A stretch of DNA of 10,222 nucleotides from a virus (taxonomy: Duplodnaviria > Heunggongvirae > Uroviricota > Caudoviricetes), in IMG/VR virus record IMGVR_UViG_3300032007_004072, positions 1-10,222 of that record; one strand, given 5' to 3'. Of the stretch, positions 1 through 6,610 are shown in pieces. The stretch's first letter is position 1; every line of letters starts with the position of its first letter. Made by a program: the position numbers and the translations under genes. The notes under the pieces were generated by a model. It had not been told where the DNA came from and did not search any database. It saw only the letters and a list, made by a program, of their open reading frames with translations.

Positions 1-810
1 AATGGTAATAGCGGGCTAACACCTGTATATAATGTAGGTAATGATGGTGATGACTTTTTTGGTCATGGTAGTGGATGGATCGTATTTTTCCTTTTCTTCC
101 TTATGGCATGGGGTGGTTTTGGTAATGGTGGCTATGGCCCTTGGGGTAATGGCAATAATCAGGCTCTTGCAAATTATGCAACACAGGCTGACATCAATAA
201 TGGCTTCCAATATCAAAACCTAAATGCCAAACTTGGTGATATTGGCAATGATATTAACACACTCGGTTATAATCAATTACAAGGTTTAAACACAATTAAT
301 ACTACTATTATGGGTGGTATGGCTAATATCAATAATAGCATGTTGCAGAATACAAATGCTACTAATATGGCAATTATGCAAAATGCAAATAATTTAGCTA
401 TGGGTATTGCAGAACAGACTAATGCACTAAACATGAACATGGTACAGACTGGTAATGCAATTACTAATGGTATGGCAAATCTTGGCTATGTAACTCAGAA
501 TCAGATTTGTGGTGTAAATAATAATATCGAAGCTGTTAAATATCAGTTAGCTACTGAAGCATGTGCTACAAGAGCAGAGTCTGATGCAAATACTCAGAAA
601 ATTCTTGACAGATTAACTACTATGCAGATGAATGATAAAGATAATCAGATTTATGCTCTTCAGTCAGATCTTCAAGCAGCAAGAAATCAGATTGATAATG
701 CTGCACAGACACAGGCTTTAGTTAGTGCATTAAAACCTTATCCTGTTCCTGCATACACTGTAGGTTCTCCTTACGCTTCTGCTAATGGTTGTGGTTGTAC
801 GTTGTCCTAA
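1..810 (+). CDS. 5'-truncated Asn/Gly/Met-rich phage protein with an N-terminal hydrophobic segment, 11-aa repeats and a Cys-containing tail (conserved hypothetical of gut Firmicutes phages/prophages)
   Basis: Frame 1 is open from base 1 (NGNSGLTPVYNVGNDGDDFFGHGSGWIVFFLFFLMAWGGFG...), so the true start lies upstream of the window and Met103 is internal. WIVFFLFFLMAW is a likely TM helix. ATQADINNGF, the C-terminal LKPYPVPAY...SPY and GCGC match a family I recognise from clostridial prophages. Confidence 0.85.
   Translation, partial: NGNSGLTPVYNVGNDGDDFFGHGSGWIVFFLFFLMAWGGFGNGGYGPWGNGNNQALANYATQADINNGFQYQNLNAKLGDIGNDINTLGYNQLQGLNTINTTIMGGMANINNSMLQNTNATNMAIMQNANNLAMGIAEQTNALNMNMVQTGNAITNGMANLGYVTQNQICGVNNNIEAVKYQLATEACATRAESDANTQKILDRLTTMQMNDKDNQIYALQSDLQAARNQIDNAAQTQALVSALKPYPVPAYTVGSPYASANGCGCTLS
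223..486 (+). repeat. Eight imperfect in-frame 33-nt (11-aa, hendecad) repeats
   Basis: NAKLGDIGNDI / NTLGYNQLQGL / NTINTTIMGGM / ANINNSMLQNT / NATNMAIMQNA / NNLAMGIAEQT / NALNMNMVQTG / NAITNGMANLG. Asn is at position 1 in 7 of 8 units, with hydrophobics mostly at positions 3, 7 and 8. Confidence 0.75.
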
Positions 811-832
811 TAGCAGATTTTAATATAGATTT

Positions 833-865
833 GGGGAAGATTTAATTCTTCCCCTTTATATTTTT
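833..865 (+). terminator. Probable intrinsic terminator/attenuating hairpin after gene 1
   Basis: GGGGAAGA (833-840), 6-nt loop, TCTTCCCC (847-854): a perfect 8-bp stem followed by TTTATATTTTT. Confidence 0.7.
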
Positions 866-867
866 GT

Positions 868-875
868 AAGGAGGT
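868..875 (+). promoter_or_regulatory. Ribosome-binding site for the 885 gene
   Basis: AAGGAGGT, 9 nt upstream of ATG 885. Confidence 0.9.
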
Positions 876-884
876 AATAAAGTA

Positions 885-1325
885 ATGTTAGAAACATATA
901 CTATAAGTGATTTAGGTGTTTCTCTAAACACTGGAGATAGTGTTGTATTTAATACAAATAATGTAGATTCTTGTTGTAAAATAACTCATGTAGCTGGAAC
1001 ACCAGTAGTAAGCATAACAAGACCAGGATATTATGTAGTAGAATTTAATGCTACTGGTTATAATACTGGTGCAGCATCTACTGTTGATTCAAGTGATGGC
1101 ACATTCTCCTTTCAATTGTATAATAATGGCATTGCTATACCTAATGCCCAAGCAAGAGCAACTTCTATTGCGGATACAGCAATTGCAAATATAAGTTTTC
1201 AAACTATAGTACAGGTTAAACCTTCTTGTCCTATGGTAAATAATAATGCGTCATTAGAAGTTAAATTTTTGGGGCAAGCAGGTACATTGTTAGCAGGTAC
1301 GTTAACAATATTTAGGGTAAGTTAA
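885..1325 (+). CDS. 146-aa beta-rich protein, BclA C-terminal/C1q-TNF-like fold (putative)
   Basis: Strong SD. The pattern ITRPGYYVVEFNATG...FQLYNNGIAIPNAQA...NISFQTIVQV resembles BclA-C-like jelly-roll domains and is typically found directly after the gene-1 family. Confidence 0.7.
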   Translation: MLETYTISDLGVSLNTGDSVVFNTNNVDSCCKITHVAGTPVVSITRPGYYVVEFNATGYNTGAASTVDSSDGTFSFQLYNNGIAIPNAQARATSIADTAIANISFQTIVQVKPSCPMVNNNASLEVKFLGQAGTLLAGTLTIFRVS

Positions 1326-1327
1326 TC

Positions 1328-1774
1328 ATGGAAGAAAAGGAATATTGGAAAGCAATTGAGGGTAATCCAACTTTGCAGAAGAAGTTTTACGATGCAGTAA
1401 TGAAAAGCATAGGGGAAATGAGATATGTTAATCAAGATGCATACGTAAAAGCAATGTTAACAGTACATGAAGCAATATTTGGAAAGCATTTTAGTGAAAA
1501 TTTATCAAAATACGCTGTTGCAGAGATGGATAATGTAGACGGAACAAAAGGTGAGCATTGGGATTTAGCTCAAACAACTCAATTATTAAATTCTCAAAAC
1601 TTAAAGTATAATAAGTTTGATTGGTACTATTTACTTAATATGTTACATTCAGATTTCAGTAAAATATTAGGTGAAGATACTAAAACATATTTAAATATGG
1701 CTAAAGCTTATATTGATGACCCAGATGCAAAAGATACGAAAGTATACTGTATTTGGAAGTCAAGATACATGTGA
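1328..1774 (+). CDS. 148-aa conserved phage hypothetical protein (helical)
   Basis: Starts 2 nt after the previous stop. Motifs HW..., FDWYYLLNMLHSDF and AKAYIDDPDA are typical of a gut-phage family of unknown function. Confidence 0.8.
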   Translation: MEEKEYWKAIEGNPTLQKKFYDAVMKSIGEMRYVNQDAYVKAMLTVHEAIFGKHFSENLSKYAVAEMDNVDGTKGEHWDLAQTTQLLNSQNLKYNKFDWYYLLNMLHSDFSKILGEDTKTYLNMAKAYIDDPDAKDTKVYCIWKSRYM

Positions 1775-1783
1775 TTGTATTAG

Positions 1784-1825
1784 AAATAGGGGAGGTTTCT
1801 CTTCGGAGTTATCTCCCCTATTTTT
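1784..1825 (+). terminator. Strong intrinsic terminator with cUUCGg tetraloop
   Basis: AAATAGGGGAG (1784-1794) pairs with CTCCCCTATTT (1813-1823). The inner stem CTC/GAG closes C(TTCG)G at 1801-1806. A T-run follows, and the A-rich 5' side suggests it may act bidirectionally. Confidence 0.9.
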
Positions 1826-1848
1826 GTATTTATTTTTAGTGAAGGGGC

Positions 1849-1877
1849 TTGACAAATTCCTTAAAATATGCTATAAT
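1849..1877 (+). promoter_or_regulatory. Consensus sigmaA/sigma70 promoter with extended -10
   Basis: TTGACA (1849-1854), 17-bp spacer, TG at 1869-1870, TATAAT (1872-1877). An AT-rich tract lies upstream (1821-1840). It sits just after a terminator and about 30 nt before an SD/start. Confidence 0.92.
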
Positions 1878-1891
1878 AAAATTAAATTGTT

Positions 1892-1898
1892 AAGGAGG
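1892..1898 (+). promoter_or_regulatory. Ribosome-binding site for the GTG 1907 gene
   Basis: AAGGAGG, 8 nt before GTG 1907. The ORF-track start at 1898 falls inside this SD. Confidence 0.85.
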
Positions 1899-1906
1899 TG
1901 TGGTTA

Positions 1907-2809
1907 GTGTTTATTTCAGGACAAGGAAATAATATTTTAGATTTATTCACTGCCATTCATGATACTCTTGTTGCTGTTGGTTGGACAGTTTACCCCATGA
2001 CTACCACATCTGGCGGTATAACAGATGGGGCAATATTCATGGGTACTGGTGATGGTACAGATAATATATACATATATTTGAGTTGTCATGAGGTTAGTGA
2101 TAGACTTATTTTGGATAGTAGCGTTGGCTATGACCAGCATTTAGGTGTATTTGAACAACCAGGAAGTTTACAACAATGGATGAAGCATGATGGTATTACA
2201 ATGACAGATACACCAGAGTTTGTTATATCTAATAATGAGCGTTATTTTTATTGGATTTTTGTAGATACTTATAGAATAATTGTAGTTGCACGTATGTCTA
2301 TTGTATATGAGTCTATGTATTTAGGATTTTTGAATCCGATAGCAGATGAAAGACAGTATCCTTATCCAATGTATGTATGCGGTAATACACATCAAAGAGG
2401 TCAAGCTTGGCCTAATAATACAAATGGTTCTTTTGTTTTCCCTCAGAATAATCAAGGGTGGCTTAGAAGAGCAGATGGTGTTTGGAGAGCATTTAATGCT
2501 AGTAAGCCAAACCCAAGTCCATCTACTGTAGGTACAGTATTTCCATATAATTCACACAACGAAAGATTAATTCCTAACTATAAAGAAACAGATGCTATAA
2601 ATCAAGATAACTTTTTGTTAATTCCAATAATAATGCAGACTAATGACCCAGTAGATATGAACGGTTTACTTAGAGGTTGTTATTGGGTATCTGGTACTCG
2701 TGATATTGACGCAGAAAGAGTTTTGGTATATGGCAATGAGCAGTATATAGTATTCGACACAAAACAAGATAGGGGGCCGAATACTTATTTCTGTATAAAG
2801 ATGGCGTGA
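1907..2809 (+). CDS. Putative virion structural/tail protein (300 aa), similar to D3112/MP22/YuA-type virion structural proteins
   Basis: Start corrected to GTG 1907 using the SD. Motifs LVAVGWT, GTGDGTDNIYI, YWIFVDTYRIIVVARMSIVYESMYLGFL...QYPYPMYVCG, LRRADGVW and GLLRGCYWV...YIVFDT...YFCIK match that family as I recall it. Confidence 0.75.
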   Translation: MFISGQGNNILDLFTAIHDTLVAVGWTVYPMTTTSGGITDGAIFMGTGDGTDNIYIYLSCHEVSDRLILDSSVGYDQHLGVFEQPGSLQQWMKHDGITMTDTPEFVISNNERYFYWIFVDTYRIIVVARMSIVYESMYLGFLNPIADERQYPYPMYVCGNTHQRGQAWPNNTNGSFVFPQNNQGWLRRADGVWRAFNASKPNPSPSTVGTVFPYNSHNERLIPNYKETDAINQDNFLLIPIIMQTNDPVDMNGLLRGCYWVSGTRDIDAERVLVYGNEQYIVFDTKQDRGPNTYFCIKMA

Positions 2810-2815
2810 TGAACC

Positions 2816-4603
2816 ATGTTTAGTTATAGATATGATATTAAAAGTTTTAATGATGTAGTCCCATCTTTTTTAGATTTTTGTGCTTTTTTTGATTATAATC
2901 AGGATAATATTATTGTTAATTATGGTTATGATAATTGGCATGGAGCTACAGTAGCTATACCAATTTCTGATTATAAAGTTGAAGCTGAATTTACAGATAG
3001 TATTTATTTACTTGGAGATCCAACTTTCTATTCTTTATTTTTTATTTGTTATAAAAATTATTCTAGATATGCTAATAAATGGTATTTAGGTAATACATTA
3101 AAAAGGATATATCCAAATAGCAATATATTGGTAGAAAATCAATTAAGTACTTCTGAATACTTAACAATGTTAAGTGGATTATCTGATAGTAAGGTTGTTT
3201 ATGTTTTTGGTAATAATATAACAAATCGTTATGGTAGTATTTCTGGGTTGTTTGATTATTTAGATACTATGAACGATGTATGTTTGAGTAATAACTTAGA
3301 CTTATATTTAGTATATGCACCTACAGAAGAACATAGTGATGAATTATATGACGCTATTGAAAGTTATGCTTATCAAGCTAAACCAAGAAAAATATTAAAT
3401 TTTTATAGTGAGTTAGCTGATACTAGACTAGATATGCAAGTTGCTCTTGATTATAATACCTATCAATTAACAGATTATAGGTCAATATATGGAGTTCAAA
3501 CTTATGTAGGCATACCAACATACTCAAGAAATATTGCAGCATTATTTACTAGATTTATATTATCTAATGTTTTTCATAAAGATAGAGAAGAATATTATGT
3601 TTCTTTAATGTATAGTAACAATCCAAAAACTTGGTATTCACAGTTATTTACTACTTATGATGAGTATATGATTGAGGAGTTTAATTATGACCAATATATT
3701 CATGGTGGTTGGAGTATACAAAGTAAATATGGTTCTAATCCACCAAATATATTTAAAAATACTGGAGAGTTAGTTTCTGTTGGTGTACATACTTCTTATG
3801 ATCCTTTTTTGTGGATGTGTGAGCAAGGTGGGATAACCTGTAAAAAAGAGGAAGATGAACAAATAGAAGATCTAGACTTAATGGGATTTTATGCATTTTT
3901 AAACGGAAGTCCAAATAAAAAAGTCAAGCCTCCTGTATTTCCTACTACTGGTTGTCCTTGGTTTACTATTTCAAGTAAAAATATTGCTGATTATGGTATT
4001 GCAAATTGTCCTGCTAAATTATATATTACTAGGGTAGGAAGTTCATTTATTTTAACTATAAGAGTTATTGACGCTAATGGACAAAAACCAGATTTATGGC
4101 AATCAATTACTTTTGGAGAATTTGTTGGTAGAATAGATGGCTATAATATAGATCAATTTTACTGTGCAGGAGGTAATCAAGCTTTATCTCCAGATTCATG
4201 GACATATTTTGCTACTTCTCATATAATTGGATTGCAGATGGATTTAGACATGAAAAATTCTTCTATTGTAAATTCTAATATATTACATCCTTCAAAGTTT
4301 GAGAAAACTAATTTATCTAATTTTAGAATTATGAATGGCGAAGGTACTTGGGAAGATATATATTCTGCCACACAGGGATACAAGGAATATCAATATTTGG
4401 ATGGTAATGGTAATGCCACAATTTATACTTGGGGAGTGCCATTAACTAAACCAAACTTTAATATTAGCAATAATCTAAATACTGCATATCCATATTTAGA
4501 TTGGCAACATAAGATAGACTCTTACACCATAAATAAGTATGATTTAAAGAAGAACGATATGTCTGGGAAGATAGATCCATTGACTGTATATTTAGCAAAG
4601 TAG
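2816..4603 (+). CDS. Putative virion structural/tail protein (595 aa), paralog of the 1907 gene, with an SGNH-like insert and an apparently missing C-terminal subdomain
   Basis: SD-like GTGAT overlaps the upstream TGA. TSYDPFLWMCEQGG parallels VGYDQHLGVFEQPG of the 1907 protein, and WQSITFGEF parallels YESMYLGFL. It ends at DPLTVYLAK, where the paralogs continue for another 45-100 aa. Confidence 0.7.
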   Translation: MFSYRYDIKSFNDVVPSFLDFCAFFDYNQDNIIVNYGYDNWHGATVAIPISDYKVEAEFTDSIYLLGDPTFYSLFFICYKNYSRYANKWYLGNTLKRIYPNSNILVENQLSTSEYLTMLSGLSDSKVVYVFGNNITNRYGSISGLFDYLDTMNDVCLSNNLDLYLVYAPTEEHSDELYDAIESYAYQAKPRKILNFYSELADTRLDMQVALDYNTYQLTDYRSIYGVQTYVGIPTYSRNIAALFTRFILSNVFHKDREEYYVSLMYSNNPKTWYSQLFTTYDEYMIEEFNYDQYIHGGWSIQSKYGSNPPNIFKNTGELVSVGVHTSYDPFLWMCEQGGITCKKEEDEQIEDLDLMGFYAFLNGSPNKKVKPPVFPTTGCPWFTISSKNIADYGIANCPAKLYITRVGSSFILTIRVIDANGQKPDLWQSITFGEFVGRIDGYNIDQFYCAGGNQALSPDSWTYFATSHIIGLQMDLDMKNSSIVNSNILHPSKFEKTNLSNFRIMNGEGTWEDIYSATQGYKEYQYLDGNGNATIYTWGVPLTKPNFNISNNLNTAYPYLDWQHKIDSYTINKYDLKKNDMSGKIDPLTVYLAK

Positions 4604-4614
4604 GTGATATAGCG

Positions 4615-6558
4615 ATGTCTGAATTTTTAAAGAAATTTATTAAGCCTGCTCAGGATTTAATTGATAATCCTCCTCCTATACCACCTAATAACAATGATTT
4701 TTTAGATCTATGTATAAGAAGTGTTTCTGATGGTCAATTTAATACTTACAGTGATGCTGTGTCCGAGTTTGTTTACTCTTTTAATTCTTATGCAGATAAA
4801 AATGAATTTTTATTAAAAGAGTGCGGAATTGTTCTCGATAATGAAGATAGCGGTAGCATTATTGGTAAGGATGCTAGAGGTGACTATGTAATAGGTAAGC
4901 ATTTTTGTCCAATTAAAGAAGTTCCAGAAGATTTACCTCCTAAACATGCTAATATTAATGGGATACTTATAGATTTTCGTGATTTATCTAACATAGAATC
5001 AGATAGTGACAAAACATCTTTATTTTTTAGGCATGCATATTATAATTGGATACCGTTTATTATAGATAAGATATATGAATCTTTTGGTTTAACTGTTAAT
5101 GATAAAATAGAGGTTAATTCAATACCACCAGTTGATTTTGTTTCAGCCCATACTAATATTGATTACTCAGTGCCTTTTTACGATTGTTTATTTTATCCTC
5201 GTGGTGATGCTACTGATGATGATGACGATGTTATTGATGAATCGTTCAATTATTGGGCAATAATTACTGGCACTGAATTTATAAATAATATGGATATTGT
5301 TGATGTTGGTAGAGTAGTGTTAGTTTCTGGTGGTGAGGAGAGAACTTATTATTTGGATACTGAACTTGCTCGTGTGTTTGTGGATGTTGTATTTGAGAGA
5401 TTAATTCCTTGGGCAGAGCTATTACCTGCATTATTTATGGATGGGTTGGCAGATGTTTTTGCTGGTGGTGATTTTAGACCTATAAATCATGGAACTGACT
5501 ATATTGAATTATTAACTAATAATATTGGTGTGTTATATGATGTGCTTGTTGAAAGAGGGCCACTAACTGATGATGGGGCATATATTGTTGCAGATACTTT
5601 TTTAAGGTGGTTAAAGGAAAGATTTCAGCCTAAAGTTTATACGCCTTTTCTCAATAAACTTATATATGGTGTAAATTTATATGATAAATTTTATGCTGAT
5701 GTAACAATGATAATAAATTTAGCTATACAATATGCTACAAAATTAACGGGAATAAAAACTTCATATGTACAATTTATACAAGAATATGTTAATAAATTAG
5801 ATATTGATGACATAGATAGCTCATTATATATATTATCTAAATTAGACTTTACTAATGAAGATGGTGGAGCATATGGAGGAAAAGATAGTAAATTTGTTGA
5901 CTATGCTATAAAAAGGCAAGACAGATTTCGTATATTAAATATATTCAGTTATCTTAATCAGGCAGATACTCTTTATTATAGTTTTAGCTACTACGCTAAA
6001 TATGAAAATAATGAATATAAGGTTAGGGATTTAACTATAAAATTTACAGAAATAACATCAAGCACAATAAACGCATACTATAAAAAATCAATAATATCAA
6101 GGCTCATTAGAGGGATATTTAAACCTGTGTTACAATGTTTGGATTACTATTTAAATTTGAGATTTGATTCATTTAGTTTTTGTAAAGTTATTCATATAGA
6201 TTTTGATGATGACCCAACTCCTATACGTCCTTGTAGTTATCAAGTTGGTTTTGATGAGAGTGGAAAGGTAAACAGCATGTTAATTACATTTTATACTCAT
6301 GCTTATATTCCTATAGATGATAGAGATACAATGCCTGCAATGGGTTATTATACAGGTAATTATCTTTTATATATATTTTGTATATTTATTATTTTATCTA
6401 AATTAAATAATGCTCAAGCATTTTATAGGCATCCTATAATAGTAGCAATAGCTATAACATTGGTTGGTTATGATGAGTTGGGCGAAACAGATATTAAAGA
6501 TACAGCTGTTAATGGAGATACAGAGCAATATGCGGTAGGTGGTATTATTGGGGACTGA
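4615..6558 (+). CDS. 647-aa protein with two tandem degenerate gluzincin/flagellinolysin-like folds (no HExxH)
   Basis: SD AGGTGAT at 4602-4608. FLDLCIRSVS..FNTYSDAVSEFV..FLLKECGIVLDNEDSGSIIGKDA, YLDTELARVFVD, DGLAD and AYIVADTFLRWL follow the order of motifs I recall from Selenomonas-type flagellin/surface metallopeptidase domains (CGIILDNxDTGAITGxDAGG, YLDRTxAHExTH, EGxAE, AYAxGYxFLRYL). Confidence 0.65.
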   Translation: MSEFLKKFIKPAQDLIDNPPPIPPNNNDFLDLCIRSVSDGQFNTYSDAVSEFVYSFNSYADKNEFLLKECGIVLDNEDSGSIIGKDARGDYVIGKHFCPIKEVPEDLPPKHANINGILIDFRDLSNIESDSDKTSLFFRHAYYNWIPFIIDKIYESFGLTVNDKIEVNSIPPVDFVSAHTNIDYSVPFYDCLFYPRGDATDDDDDVIDESFNYWAIITGTEFINNMDIVDVGRVVLVSGGEERTYYLDTELARVFVDVVFERLIPWAELLPALFMDGLADVFAGGDFRPINHGTDYIELLTNNIGVLYDVLVERGPLTDDGAYIVADTFLRWLKERFQPKVYTPFLNKLIYGVNLYDKFYADVTMIINLAIQYATKLTGIKTSYVQFIQEYVNKLDIDDIDSSLYILSKLDFTNEDGGAYGGKDSKFVDYAIKRQDRFRILNIFSYLNQADTLYYSFSYYAKYENNEYKVRDLTIKFTEITSSTINAYYKKSIISRLIRGIFKPVLQCLDYYLNLRFDSFSFCKVIHIDFDDDPTPIRPCSYQVGFDESGKVNSMLITFYTHAYIPIDDRDTMPAMGYYTGNYLLYIFCIFIILSKLNNAQAFYRHPIIVAIAITLVGYDELGETDIKDTAVNGDTEQYAVGGIIGD

Positions 6559-6610
6559 GGCACAAGCATTATCAGCTGGCTATCCCTTAATGAGATACGG
6601 CCTTGCTGAA
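4615..6610 (+). repeat. Internal protein-level tandem duplication, period about 338 aa (copy 1 about 4615-5625, copy 2 about 5700-6610)
   Basis: NEDSGSIIGKDAR (4840) and NEDGGAYGGKDSK (5854) are 1014 nt apart. FLDLCIRSVS matches IINLAIQYAT. The YL...zinc-helix positions (5371 and 6382) are 1011 nt apart. Confidence 0.65.

Noticed and set aside
103-105. ATG 103 as start of gene 1
   Set aside because: The frame is open to base 1, there is no SD, and the upstream codons encode the family's hydrophobic segment.
605-633. TTGACA at 605-610 as an internal promoter
   Set aside because: No acceptable -10 hexamer 16-18 bp downstream, and it is inside a CDS.
1813-1847. Alternative pairing of CCCCT (1815-1819) with AGGGG (1843-1847) as an antiterminator
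   Set aside because: The partner lies downstream of the termination point and the match is only 5 bp.
1898-1900. GTG 1898 as start of the first tail gene
   Set aside because: It lies within the AAGGAGGTG SD. GTG 1907 has proper spacing.
6361-6470. Hydrophobic stretches YLLYIFCIFIIL and PIIVAIAITLVG as transmembrane helices making the 4615 protein a membrane protein
   Set aside because: They align by position with the two buried active-site helices of repeat copy 1, so they are better explained as hydrophobic replacements of the zinc-site helices. A membrane role is not fully excluded.
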